DNA of 64,000 nt, from contig OY970218.1 of assembly GCA_963713975.1 (NCBI GenBank), positions 1,824,001 to 1,888,000 of the forward strand, in the 5' to 3' direction. Made by a program: the position numbers and the translations under genes. The notes under the pieces were generated by a model, which worked only from the letters and a program-made list of their open reading frames with translations, was not told the DNA's origin and did not search any database. Position 1 is the stretch's first letter, and each line of letters begins with the position of its first letter. Positions 38,293-48,136 of the stretch are shown here, piece after piece. The stretch is from an uncultured Chloroflexia bacterium (GTDB lineage Bacteria > Chloroflexota > Limnocylindria > Limnocylindrales > CSP1-4).

Positions 38293-38807
38293 CCGCACCC
38301 GGCCGACAGCCCCCCGTTCGCACTCGTGTCGAGGTCCCCGCGGACCCGCGGGACCTGCCGGGCGACTTCCCGCACCGGTTCGAGGTCACCATCAGGTTCG
38401 GCGACACGGACGCCATGGGCCACACCAACAACTCGCGCTTCCTGACCTTCTGCGAGTCGTCCCGGATCGACTACTGGGAGGCGGCAACCGGCGAGCCCTT
38501 TGCGCTCGTGACGCACGGGGCGGAGGAATCGCTGATCCTCGCCGAGATCCGGGTCACGTACCGCTCGCCGTCGTACTTCGGAGAGCTGCTCACCGTGGAG
38601 TCGCGCCTGGGCCGGCTGGGGAGCACCTCGTTCACGCTCGAGCACCGGGTCACGGCGTCGGAGTCGCTACGGGGTCGCGCGCGGCTCGTCGCCACGGCCG
38701 AGGACGTCCTGGTGCTGTACGACTACGCCACGGAGCGCCCCCGGGTCATGCCGGACGAGCTGGTCGCGCGCCTCGAGGCCTACGAGCGGCGGACACTCCG
38801 CGGCTGA
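38289..38807 (+). CDS. Acyl-CoA thioesterase (4HBT/YbgC hotdog family)
   Basis: [13 protein letters not shown]. Confidence 0.88.
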   Translation: MTAPGRQPPVRTRVEVPADPRDLPGDFPHRFEVTIRFGDTDAMGHTNNSRFLTFCESSRIDYWEAATGEPFALVTHGAEESLILAEIRVTYRSPSYFGELLTVESRLGRLGSTSFTLEHRVTASESLRGRARLVATAEDVLVLYDYATERPRVMPDELVARLEAYERRTLRG

Positions 38808-38972
38808 CACGCACCAGGTCTCGGCCGGTCCGGCCCGTGCGTCGCACCCACATCGACGACGGCAGGCGCGAGAATCCGTGCGTGGCATGCACGCCGAGGG
38901 TTCATGGACGTCCCAATGGCGTGGGCAACGCGGAGCGCCGGCCGTGCCACTTGGCCTGGTTAGGGCCGCCGG

Positions 38973-40238
38973 CTACGCCTCGAAGCGGCGGAAGATCGCG
39001 ACCGCGTTCTGGCCGCCGAAGCCGAACCCGTTGACCGCGACCGTGTCCACCTTCGCCTCTCGGGCGACGAGCGGCACGTAGTCGAGGTCGCACTCGGGAT
39101 CTGGCGTGTGGAGGTTCGCGGTGGGGGAGATGACCCCGTCGCGGATCCCGCCCAGCGCCGCCAGGGCGGAGGCGATGCCCGCCGCGCCCACCAGGTGTCC
39201 GATCATGGACTTGGGCGAGGAGACCGCGCGGGTGGCCGCCGCGGACCCGTAGGCCAGCTTGATCGCGCGGGTCTCGGTCGAGTCGTTGAGCGACGTGGAG
39301 GTCCCGTGCGCCACGATCCAGTCGACCTCGTCCGGTGCCACGCCCGCATTGCGCATGGCGTTGGTCATCGCCCGCGCCTGGCCGCGACCCGTGGGATCCG
39401 GCGCGGAGACGTGGAAGGCGTCGGCGGTCAGCGCGCCGCCCAGGATCTCCGCGATCGGCGTGGCGCCGCGGGCCAGCGCGTGCTCCGCCGACTCCACCAC
39501 CACGGCGCCCGCCCCCTCGCCCAGGACGAACCCGTCGCGGGTGGCGTCGAACGGCCGCGAGGCCGTCTCCGGGGAGTCGTTGCGCTTGGACAGGGCCGTC
39601 ATGTTCGACAGCGCGGCGATGCCCATCGGCCAGATGGGCGCCTCCGAGCCGCCGGTCAGGACGACATCGCATTCACCGGTCTGGATCAGCCGGAGTGCGT
39701 CGTGGAAGGCGATGACGGACGACGCGCACGCGGCGACCTGGGCGTGGACCGGCCCCGTGAGGCCGAACGTCATCGACAGCATGCAGGCCGCCATCGACGG
39801 CGACAGCGCCGGAACCGCGAACGCGGACACGAAGCGCGGGCCTTTGGAGTCGTGGACGTGGGTGCCATCGATGATCGACTCGATACCGCCACCGCCCGTG
39901 TTGATCACGACGCCGACACGGTCGCGCTCCTCGGGGGTCATAGCGGCGAAGTCGATCCTCGAGGCCGCCACCGCCTCCCGGCCCGCCCCCATGGCGAGGT
40001 GGATGTAGCGGGTCATCCGGCGGGCCATCTTGGGGTCCATCACCGTGCCCGGGTCGAAATCCAGGACCTCGGCGGCCATGCGGACCTCGAACGCGCTTGC
40101 GTCGAAGCTCCGGATCAGCCGCGTGCCGGTGACCCCGTTCCGGAGGTTCGTCCAGTAGGTCTCGAAATCGTTGCCGATCGGCATGACCGCCCCGAGACCG
40201 GTGACAACGGCGCGGCGCGCTAGGTCGGACGAGGGCAC
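38973..40238 (-). CDS. fabF: 3-oxoacyl-ACP synthase II (copy 2)
   Basis: AACASS, AHGTST, IGHLVGAAG, NGFGFGGQN. Confidence 0.88.
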   Translation of the reverse strand: MPSSDLARRAVVTGLGAVMPIGNDFETYWTNLRNGVTGTRLIRSFDASAFEVRMAAEVLDFDPGTVMDPKMARRMTRYIHLAMGAGREAVAASRIDFAAMTPEERDRVGVVINTGGGGIESIIDGTHVHDSKGPRFVSAFAVPALSPSMAACMLSMTFGLTGPVHAQVAACASSVIAFHDALRLIQTGECDVVLTGGSEAPIWPMGIAALSNMTALSKRNDSPETASRPFDATRDGFVLGEGAGAVVVESAEHALARGATPIAEILGGALTADAFHVSAPDPTGRGQARAMTNAMRNAGVAPDEVDWIVAHGTSTSLNDSTETRAIKLAYGSAAATRAVSSPKSMIGHLVGAAGIASALAALGGIRDGVISPTANLHTPDPECDLDYVPLVAREAKVDTVAVNGFGFGGQNAVAIFRRFEA

Positions 40239-40289
40239 AGTCAGGGCCTCAACCAGCGAGGGGATGGATGGCGGGGATTGTAGCGCCGC

Positions 40290-41564
40290 TCAGCGGCCGT
40301 CCCAGCGCTTGAAGATGATCGCGCCGTTGTGCCCGCCCAGGCCGATGTTGTTGGACATGGCGTAGCGCACCGGCATCCGGGCCGTCTCGTTCAGCACCCA
40401 GAGGTCCGCCTCCGGGTCGAACTCGCGGTAGTTGATCGTTCCGGGGACGGTCTGCTCGGCCAGGCTCATGACCGTCGAGAACGCCTCGAACGCACCGCCG
40501 GCGCCCATCATGTGGCCGGTCATCGACTTGGTGCCGCTGATGGCCAGCGACTGTCGCGTCGCGGCCGAACGATCCCCGAAGACCGTCCAGATCGCCTCGG
40601 CCTCACGCTTGTCGCCGACCGGCGTGGAGGTGCCGTGCGGGTTGATGACGTCGATCTCGTCCGCCGGGACACCGCGTCGCTGGAGCGCGGTGCGCATCGC
40701 CCGGGCAGACCCGGCGCCGAACTCGATGGGCTGGATCATGTCGAACCCGTCGGCCGCGGAGCCGTATCCGACGACCTCCGCGTAGATGCGGGCTCCGCGG
40801 GCCGTCGCCATCTCAAGGTCCTCGAGGATGAGCGCACCTGCCCCCTCGCCCAGGATGAAGCCGTTCCGCGAGCGATCGAACGGGCGGCTCGCGTCGGCCA
40901 TCGGCATGCCCTCGCGAGGCGTTCCGAGCCCGCGCATGTTGCCGAACCCGGCGTGGGCCACCTCGAGCAGCGGCATCTCCGCCGAGCCGGCGATCACCGT
41001 GTGGGCGTCGCCGCGGCGGATCAGCTCCGCACCCTCGCCGACGCAGTTGGTGCCGGTGGAGCACGCGGTCACGACGCACAGGTTGTGGCCGATGGCGCCG
41101 GTCTCGATAGCGATCATCCCGGACGTGGAGTCCACGAGCCCGTTGGCGATGAACGTGGGCGCGACCCGGTCCGGCCCCTTCTCCTGGAGGACCATCCAGT
41201 TGTCGAGCATCAGGGTCTGACCGCCGGCACCGGTGCCGAAGATCACCCCGACGTCCTCGCGGTTCTCGTCGGTGATCTCCAGCCCGGCGTCCGCGACCGC
41301 CTGCTTCGCGGCGGCGACGCCATACCACATGGCGGGCTCGCTGCGGCGGACGGCCTTGGGATCCATCCAGGCCTTGGGGTCGAAGTCGCGCACCTCGCCG
41401 GCCGTCTTGTTCGTGTAGCGACTGGGGTCGAACTTCGTGATCTCCCGCAGTCCTGACACCCCGTTGAGCAGGCTTGCCCAGGCGGTGTCCTTGTCGTTGC
41501 CCACGGGGCTGATGACGCCGAGGCCGGTGACGACGACGCGGCGGGTGTAATCGGGTTGGCGCAC
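40290..41564 (-). CDS. fabF: 3-oxoacyl-ACP synthase II (copy 1)
   Basis: TACSTG, PHGTST, TGHMMGAGG, NIGLGGHN. Confidence 0.88.
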   Translation of the reverse strand: MRQPDYTRRVVVTGLGVISPVGNDKDTAWASLLNGVSGLREITKFDPSRYTNKTAGEVRDFDPKAWMDPKAVRRSEPAMWYGVAAAKQAVADAGLEITDENREDVGVIFGTGAGGQTLMLDNWMVLQEKGPDRVAPTFIANGLVDSTSGMIAIETGAIGHNLCVVTACSTGTNCVGEGAELIRRGDAHTVIAGSAEMPLLEVAHAGFGNMRGLGTPREGMPMADASRPFDRSRNGFILGEGAGALILEDLEMATARGARIYAEVVGYGSAADGFDMIQPIEFGAGSARAMRTALQRRGVPADEIDVINPHGTSTPVGDKREAEAIWTVFGDRSAATRQSLAISGTKSMTGHMMGAGGAFEAFSTVMSLAEQTVPGTINYREFDPEADLWVLNETARMPVRYAMSNNIGLGGHNGAIIFKRWDGR

Positions 41565-41598
41565 GGGTTCCTCTCGAAGGTGGCGGCGGCAGCTGCCG

Positions 41599-42591
41599 TC
41601 AGGCGGGGTCGGCCGAACCGTCGACGGCGGCGGTGTCGGCGAAGGGGATGCTGAGGCGGTCTGCGGCGGCGGGATCGTCCAGCGCGATCGCCAGCGCATC
41701 GGGGGCGATGCGCTTGATCAGCCCGGTGAGGACGCGACCGGGGCCGACTTCGATGAAGGTGGTGACGCCGGCTGCCTCCATCGCACGGATGGCGCCGATC
41801 CAGTCGACGCCCGTGGTGAGATGGTCGACCAGCTCGGCGCGGCAGCCATCGGCGGTCGTGATGACACGGGCGTCCGCATTGGCCAGGAGCGGGGGCTCCG
41901 GGTCACGGAAGGTGATGCCCGCGAGCACCCCGCGCATGCCATCCGCCGCTTCGGCCATGAGCGGGGAGTGGGCCGCGACCGACACCGGCAGCTCGATGGC
42001 ACGCTTTGCTCCCAGGGCCCTTGCGATGCCCAGGGCGGCCTCCACGGCGGGGCGCTCCCCGGAGACCACGACCTGGCCCGGCGAGTTGCGATTGGCGATC
42101 CCGAAGATCCCATGCATGGACGCCTCCGCGACGAGGTCGGGGAGTCGCGCGTCGTCGAGGCCGATGATGGCGGCCATGCGGCCTTCGCGTCCCGTGCCCG
42201 ACGCCTGCATCTGCTGGCCGCGGATGCGGACGAGGCGGACGGCATCGGCCAGGTCAAGCGCGCCTGTGGCGACGAGGGCCGTGTACTGGCCCATCGAGTG
42301 ACCGGCCGCGAAGGCGGGCTCCGGGATGTCCACCTTCAGCTCATACCAGCGCTCACGGACGGCCTCCAGGTAGGCGATCGAGGCGGCCAGGAGGGCCGGC
42401 TGGGAGTTCTCGGTCCGGTTGAGGTCCTCCTCGGGCCCCTCCCAGGCGAGACGGCTGATCGGCTCGCCGAGGGCGTCGTCCGCGGCCGCGAACACGGCGG
42501 CGGCGGCGGGGGAGGAATTGGCAAGGGCCCGGCCCATGCCCACGGACTGGCTTCCCTGGCCGGGGAAGACGAAGGCGATCTTGCTGCTCAT
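41599..42591 (-). CDS. fabD: Malonyl-CoA:ACP transacylase
   Basis: FPGQGSQ, GHSMG, VSVAAHS, EVGPG. Confidence 0.95.
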   Translation of the reverse strand: MSSKIAFVFPGQGSQSVGMGRALANSSPAAAAVFAAADDALGEPISRLAWEGPEEDLNRTENSQPALLAASIAYLEAVRERWYELKVDIPEPAFAAGHSMGQYTALVATGALDLADAVRLVRIRGQQMQASGTGREGRMAAIIGLDDARLPDLVAEASMHGIFGIANRNSPGQVVVSGERPAVEAALGIARALGAKRAIELPVSVAAHSPLMAEAADGMRGVLAGITFRDPEPPLLANADARVITTADGCRAELVDHLTTGVDWIGAIRAMEAAGVTTFIEVGPGRVLTGLIKRIAPDALAIALDDPAAADRLSIPFADTAAVDGSADPA

Positions 42592-42679
42592 CGCCACACA
42601 GCGTACGGCGCGCAGGGTGCCATCCCCGGAAAGTCGATGCAGATTTGCAGGAATACCCGGCCCGTCCTACGCTCCGCCG

Positions 42680-43369
42680 GTGAATCCACGCGTGAATGGC
42701 ACCTCGGACCCCAGTTCGCCGGTCGATACGACGCCCGCTGCGAGCCCCGGCCCTCGCCGTCGGCGCGTGCCCGCTTCCGATCCTGCGGCAGGGCCCCCGC
42801 TGCCTGCCGTGCTCGTGCGCTCTCGTCGCAAGCGGGCCCCCAGCCGGGTGATCGCACGAGTGTTCGAGGCCGACCTGTCGGCGCCCGTGGTTGCCGCTGG
42901 AACCCAGATCCAGAACGTGCGCCAGATCTCCGAGCGCGTCGCGATGGGCCGCGCCCTGTGGCGGGAGCTGGTCGTGGGCTTCGCGTCCCAGCTCGGCGAG
43001 CTGAAGCTCGGCTTCACCCAGCTGGCGGCGCTCTACGTCCTGGCGGAGGGCGCCACCACCACGGTGGCGGACCTGGCGGATGCCATCGGGCGGTCCCCGT
43101 CCGCGACGTCCCGGCTGGTGGACGGCCTCGTCAAGCGGCGTCTCGTCGAGCGACGTCGGGAGGAGGACGATGCCCGCCAGCGCTCGGTCTGGCTGACGTC
43201 CCGCGGCCAGGCCGTGCTGCGGATCGTCGACCGCTCACGGGCCGAGCAGTTCCTGACCGCGGTCCGGCCGCTGCCGCGCGGCGAGCGGGCCCTGATCGCG
43301 ATGGGCGTGGCTGCCCTGGCGACAGGTGCGATCAGCCGGCGCGGACGCCTGGTGCGCGGCGAGGGCTGA
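42680..43369 (+). CDS. MarR-family transcriptional regulator with N-terminal extension
   Basis: TVADLADAIGRSPSATSRLVDGLVKRRLVER, DARQRSVWLT; start uncertain. Confidence 0.85.
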   Translation: MNPRVNGTSDPSSPVDTTPAASPGPRRRRVPASDPAAGPPLPAVLVRSRRKRAPSRVIARVFEADLSAPVVAAGTQIQNVRQISERVAMGRALWRELVVGFASQLGELKLGFTQLAALYVLAEGATTTVADLADAIGRSPSATSRLVDGLVKRRLVERRREEDDARQRSVWLTSRGQAVLRIVDRSRAEQFLTAVRPLPRGERALIAMGVAALATGAISRRGRLVRGEG

Positions 43370-43416
43370 CGACCCCGGGGGCGGGTTGAGACCCCGCGAG
43401 GGGGGACGGCCGCGGG

Positions 43417-44844
43417 CTATCCGCAGTACGTCGCGACGACGTCGTACATGACCGGCAGGCCCCACCGCAGGGCCTCGAGTCCGACCCGCTCGTCAACCCC
43501 GTGGAACCGCTCCAGGAACCGCTCCTCGGGATCCAGGCGCAGGGGCGTGAACCCGTAGGTCGGGACGCCAAGCAGCACGGACGAGGACTTCGCGTCCGTC
43601 GCGAAGGGCGCCATGACCGGGATCGGGATGCCGTCGGGGTCGTGGGCCCGAATCGTCGCCACCAGCAGCTCGTACAGCTCGCCCGAGGCGGGGGCCTCCA
43701 CGGGCGGCGCGCTCTTCGCGTGCTCGATCGTGCAGCTCGGGGCCAGGTCGCCGAGCCGGGCGGTGACCTCCTCGAGCATGTCGTCGCTCGTGGTGCCGGG
43801 CAGGGTGCGACAGTCGATCTCGATCACCGCCTCGCCCGGGATGATGTTGTACTTCACGCCCGCGTGGAGGACGCCCGGGCTGATCGAATCGCGCAGGAGC
43901 GCCCGGATGGCCCGGGCGTACATCGGGTCGCACAGGGAGCGAATCGCGGCCTCGCTGCGGCGCGGGTCGTCGCCGCCGATCGCAGCGACGAGCTCGGCCT
44001 GCTCGGGCGGCAGCGATGCGCGAACGCCGTCCAGGAACTGGCGCATGACCGGCGTCAGGCGCGGCTCCCCGGGGGCGGCGAGCCGGCGCACCGCCTCAGC
44101 GGCCATGACCGCCGCGTTGTCCTCGCGTGGCATGGAACCGTGACCCCAGGTCCCATGGACGTGGATCCGGAAGACCTCGTAGCCCTTCTCCGCGACCTGG
44201 ATGGGGTAGAAGCGGCGCCCGGCCAGCTCGACCGATACGCCTCCCGCCTCGTTGAGGGCGCCCGCTGCACGCAGCGTCTCCGGCCGGCGCTCGGCCAGCC
44301 AGCGGGCGCCGTCCCGTCCCCCGGCCTCCTCGTCGGCCGTGCACGCGTACAGGACATCCCGGCGGAGCCCGGGGATCGGATCGCGGGCGGGATCCAGTCC
44401 GACTGCACGCGCCCGACGGGCGAGCAGCACGATCGCCATCGTCTCGAGGGCGACCGCCTGCTTCATGTCGACCGCGCCGCGGCCCCAGACGTACCCGTCC
44501 GCGACGTCGGCATCGAACGGGCCGTGGGTCCAGCCGTCCGCAGCGGCCGCCGGGACCACGTCCAGGTGGGAGAACAGCAGCAGGGGATCCCCGCCGGTGC
44601 CGTCCGAACGGAGGCGCAGGACGACGTTGCCGCGCCCGGGCACGGATTCGATGACCTCGGGATCCAGGCCCTCGGCGCGCAGGAAGCCTGCGATGAGCTG
44701 GGCGGCGTCGAGCTCGGGGCCGGGCGGATCCGGGGGGTTGACGGACGGGATGCGGATCAGGTCGCGCAGGAACGCCAGCAGTTCCGCATTGGCCGCATCC
44801 CAGGCAGCCGCCCCCAGGGCGCTGGAGGGCAGCGCGGTGGGCAC
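43417..44844 (-). CDS. M20/M25/M40 metallopeptidase (ArgE/DapE superfamily)
   Basis: SHLDVVP, GRGAVDMK, DEEAGG, GHGS, HGVDER. Confidence 0.9.
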   Translation of the reverse strand: MPTALPSSALGAAAWDAANAELLAFLRDLIRIPSVNPPDPPGPELDAAQLIAGFLRAEGLDPEVIESVPGRGNVVLRLRSDGTGGDPLLLFSHLDVVPAAAADGWTHGPFDADVADGYVWGRGAVDMKQAVALETMAIVLLARRARAVGLDPARDPIPGLRRDVLYACTADEEAGGRDGARWLAERRPETLRAAGALNEAGGVSVELAGRRFYPIQVAEKGYEVFRIHVHGTWGHGSMPREDNAAVMAAEAVRRLAAPGEPRLTPVMRQFLDGVRASLPPEQAELVAAIGGDDPRRSEAAIRSLCDPMYARAIRALLRDSISPGVLHAGVKYNIIPGEAVIEIDCRTLPGTTSDDMLEEVTARLGDLAPSCTIEHAKSAPPVEAPASGELYELLVATIRAHDPDGIPIPVMAPFATDAKSSSVLLGVPTYGFTPLRLDPEERFLERFHGVDERVGLEALRWGLPVMYDVVATYCG

Positions 44845-44847
44845 TCG

Positions 44848-45114
44848 CTACACCGCGGGCGAGGTGATGATCGCGCCGATGAACCCCAGCACGAACCCCA
44901 GGGCCACGATCAGCACCACCATCAGGACCAGGAACTGCACGTACGGCCGTTCGCGGCGCAGCGTCTCGTCCAGCTGCGGGTCATCGCCGCCCGCGATGTA
45001 CGGCTGCTCGAGGCCGCGACTGCGGGCCGCGACGTTGCGGACGGAGTCGTAGGCCTCGGGGTCGGGCGGGAGGGGAGCGGGGCTCGCGGTGGTCGCGGGG
45101 GTCTCGTCTGTCAC
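44848..45114 (-). CDS. Small hypothetical protein with C-terminal TM helix
   Basis: 88 aa; YIAGGDDP; hydrophobic C-terminus. Confidence 0.7.
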   Translation of the reverse strand: MTDETPATTASPAPLPPDPEAYDSVRNVAARSRGLEQPYIAGGDDPQLDETLRRERPYVQFLVLMVVLIVALGFVLGFIGAIITSPAV

Positions 45115-45156
45115 GGGACCATGATGCCCCAGACGCGGGCCGCGGGTCGCGCTGAC

Positions 45157-46161
45157 TCAGGCCTCGTCGAAGATGGGTTGCAGCGCGGCCGAGTCCTCGA
45201 TGCCGGTGGCCAGGGCCAGGCGGAGCAGGATGCGGGCCTTCCACGGCTGGAGATCGGAGGCGGCGATCCAGCCGCGGGCGACCAGCGAGCCCACCGCAGG
45301 CACGCGCCCCGCACCGACCCGCGTCGTCTGGCAGACCACCACCCCGCCGTCACGCGCGTGCTCGAGCGCCTCGACCTCGCCCGGGGTCGGGTAGCCGGCG
45401 CCCGTGCCGGCGCTCACGATCCCGCGGGCCCCGGCGGCCACGGCGGCATCGATCAGCACGCCGTCCGCACCCTGGTAGCTCACTACCACGTCAACACGCT
45501 GAAGCGCTCGCAGATCCACGCCAGCGAACCGGCCCCGGAGCGTGGCTCCCCGGCGGGGAACGTGGTTGATGGTCACGCGGTCGTCCCCGTCCACCCAGCC
45601 GAGCGGTCCCGAGGCGCCGTCGCGGAACGCCGAGACCCGCAGCGTGTTCGACTTCGTCACGTCGCGGGCACCGTGGATCGTGTCGTCCAGCAGCACCAGC
45701 GTTCCGAGACCGCGTGCCCCTGGGTCGGCGGCCAGGCGTACGGCATTGGCCAGGTTCAGGGGTCCGTCGCCCGAGAGCGCGGAGGCAGGGCGCATCGCCC
45801 CCGTGATGACGAGCGCGGCATCGCCGGGCACCACGAGGTGAAGCAGCCAGGCGGTCTCCTCCAGGGTGTTGGTGCCGTGGGTGATCACGATCCCGTCGGC
45901 TTCGTCGCGATCCAGCACGCCCCGCACGAGGTCAACGAGGTCCGCCAGGTCATCGTCCGTGATCGCGTGGGCGCGGAGCCGTCGGAACGGGACCTCGGCG
46001 ACGTCGGCAATCCCGGCCAGCTCCGGCGCGATCCCGGCCAGCAGCTCGCCCGGCTCCAGGCGAACGCCGGTCTCGAGGTACGCGGCGAGGTCCAGGCGGT
46101 CCACGCCGACGGAGTCGATCGTGCCGCCGGTCGTGATGACGGCGACCCGCGGGCGTGTCAC
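45157..46161 (-). CDS. L-asparaginase
   Basis: TTGGTI, ITHGTNTLEETA, TGAMRP, DGPLNL, KARILL. Confidence 0.92.
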   Translation of the reverse strand: MTRPRVAVITTGGTIDSVGVDRLDLAAYLETGVRLEPGELLAGIAPELAGIADVAEVPFRRLRAHAITDDDLADLVDLVRGVLDRDEADGIVITHGTNTLEETAWLLHLVVPGDAALVITGAMRPASALSGDGPLNLANAVRLAADPGARGLGTLVLLDDTIHGARDVTKSNTLRVSAFRDGASGPLGWVDGDDRVTINHVPRRGATLRGRFAGVDLRALQRVDVVVSYQGADGVLIDAAVAAGARGIVSAGTGAGYPTPGEVEALEHARDGGVVVCQTTRVGAGRVPAVGSLVARGWIAASDLQPWKARILLRLALATGIEDSAALQPIFDEA

Positions 46162-47153
46162 CGGCCTGGCTCCCAGTGTGGTGCGCTCTCGGGCGGCGAG
46201 TACCGCGCCACCCGCGAGATCAGCCGCCGGATCCGCAGCCCCTCGATCGGCCCGAGCGCGTACAGCGGCATCGGCCGCAGCCACACCGCGGACCCCAGCG
46301 AGACTGCGTCTGCGCCCGCCCAGAAGTACTCGCGGCAGTCGTCGAAGTCGCGGATCCCTCCGTTGGCGATGATCGGGAGCCGGAAGCCCGCGTCGCGCAG
46401 CTCCGCGACGACCCTCAGGCCGATCGGCTTGATCGCCCGCCCGGAGATCGCCCCGTAGCGGTTCTTGAGGTACGGCTCGCCCGTCTCGGGTCGCAGACGC
46501 AGGCCCTTGACCGTGTTGATCGCCGTGATCGACGCGCAGCCGTGGGCGGCGGCCAGGTTCGCCTGCCAGAGGTAGTCCTCGTCCGGGCTGACCTTGAGGA
46601 TCACCGGGTGGCGGCTCTTCGGGACGGCCCGCCGGAGCGCCTCCTCGAGGATCGTGCCGAACGGGAAGTTGACGTTGTGGCACGACGCGTTGAGCTCGAC
46701 GGCCGCGATCTCGCCCGGCTTCGCCCGCTCGTTACACGTCTCGATCAGCTGCTCGATCTCGTCGGCGCTGAAGCCGCCCACGCTCACGATCCGGTTCAGG
46801 TTCGCCGTGCGGACGAAGTACTCCTCGAAGTAGCGCTCGATGCCGATGTTCGACCAGCCGAACGCGTTGAGCCATCCGCCGTCCACCTTGTGCAGCGCCC
46901 GTCCGTAGAGGCGGAGCATCTCGGGGAGCTCGCGCAGGCCCCAATCCTCCTTGAGCGTGAAGTGGCCCTCGCGCGGCTGGAGCGACACCGTTCGGGTGGT
47001 GACGGCGCCGAACCGCTCTAGGGGCACCCACTGGGCGATCGGGGACAGGCCGTACAGGATCAGCCGGCTCTTGGATGCGCCGTACCCCAGGAGGCTGGCG
47101 CTGGTCAGCAGGCGGTTCCGGAGCCGGATCCCGTTGAGGTCGATGGTGGGCAC
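46158..47153 (-). CDS. Dihydroorotate dehydrogenase-like FMN protein (divergent)
   Basis: NAFGWSN, ELNASCHN, KVSP, AINT, GAISG, IANGGI, AGADAV. Confidence 0.8.
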   Translation of the reverse strand: MPTIDLNGIRLRNRLLTSASLLGYGASKSRLILYGLSPIAQWVPLERFGAVTTRTVSLQPREGHFTLKEDWGLRELPEMLRLYGRALHKVDGGWLNAFGWSNIGIERYFEEYFVRTANLNRIVSVGGFSADEIEQLIETCNERAKPGEIAAVELNASCHNVNFPFGTILEEALRRAVPKSRHPVILKVSPDEDYLWQANLAAAHGCASITAINTVKGLRLRPETGEPYLKNRYGAISGRAIKPIGLRVVAELRDAGFRLPIIANGGIRDFDDCREYFWAGADAVSLGSAVWLRPMPLYALGPIEGLRIRRLISRVARYSPPESAPHWEPGR

Positions 47154-47176
47154 GGGCCAAGTATGCCGGGCGCCGG

Positions 47177-48127
47177 TCAGCGCATCGGGGCGAGCGGCCC
47201 CTGGAGCCCGATCCAGTCCGGTTGCGGCCGGTAGCCCAGCGCGGCATTCACGGCGCGCATCGGGGCGTTGTCATCGTCATTGCCGGTGTCGAGCGCATCC
47301 AGCCCATGCTCGATCGCCCAGGCGATGGTCGCGCGCTTGAGCGCCGTGGCGATCCCCCGGCCGCGGTACGCGCGCCGGACCGCCGTCATGTCGTGGTAGG
47401 CGACGGTGGTGCTGGCGGCGTCGTAGATCAGGCTGGCGTACCCGGCGACCGCGCCGGTGACCTCATCGACGGCCACGTAGAAGGCGTCCTTCGGGATGCC
47501 GACCCGGTCGACATCGCGCGCGATGAACGCGTCCAGTGTCCCAACGTCCATCGGCTCGTCGGCCGAGGGGATGTCCGGGAAGGCCTCAAGAGCCGTCGCG
47601 TGGACGCCGGTCACGAGCTCGGGTCGCTCCGCCAGGGTGGTGAGGAGGATCCCGACCGGCGGCGGTGCCGCGGGCGGGGTCATGCCAGCCAGCTCCAGCC
47701 GGACCATCTTGTTGCGTTCCGTCTCCACGAACCCGCGGTTGGCGAGGAAGCTGTGCCCTTCCTCGTGTACCTCGGACAACTCTGTCTGGAAGCCGGTCTT
47801 GCCGGCGGCGCGGGTTACGTCGCTCGCGGCCACGAACAGGGCCGACCCAAGGCCCCTCCGGCGCACGGCCGGCAGCACCCAGATCCCCAGCCAGTACCGC
47901 TCGTGCTCCGGGCCGTACATCCAGATGCGCCCCGCGGTGGCGGTCCCGACGGCGGTCCCGTCCGTGTCCAGAGCGAGGAAGCGAGCGCCGTCACCCGGAT
48001 AGGTGGCCGCCTGCCAGGCGATCTGCTCAAGGGAGTCCGTGTTCTCGGGTGCGACCGTGTTGCGGATCCGGACGTAGTCGGCCAGGGCCGTGTCGTCGTC
48101 GGGGTCGATGCGGCGGATGGTCGTCAT
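47177..48127 (-). CDS. Tandem GNAT acetyltransferase
   Basis: RRRGLG and RGRGIA acetyl-CoA motifs; NAPMRAVNAALGY. Confidence 0.88.
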   Translation of the reverse strand: MTTIRRIDPDDDTALADYVRIRNTVAPENTDSLEQIAWQAATYPGDGARFLALDTDGTAVGTATAGRIWMYGPEHERYWLGIWVLPAVRRRGLGSALFVAASDVTRAAGKTGFQTELSEVHEEGHSFLANRGFVETERNKMVRLELAGMTPPAAPPPVGILLTTLAERPELVTGVHATALEAFPDIPSADEPMDVGTLDAFIARDVDRVGIPKDAFYVAVDEVTGAVAGYASLIYDAASTTVAYHDMTAVRRAYRGRGIATALKRATIAWAIEHGLDALDTGNDDDNAPMRAVNAALGYRPQPDWIGLQGPLAPMR

Positions 48128-48136
48128 CGGGACGCC

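Noticed and set aside
38973-41564. Type II PKS KS/CLF pair
   Set aside because: Both proteins keep the catalytic Cys; no ACP, cyclase or tailoring genes adjacent
43417-44844. Calling the M20 peptidase dapE
   Set aside because: Only family-level motifs; not in the dap operon; specificity cannot be assigned from sequence by eye
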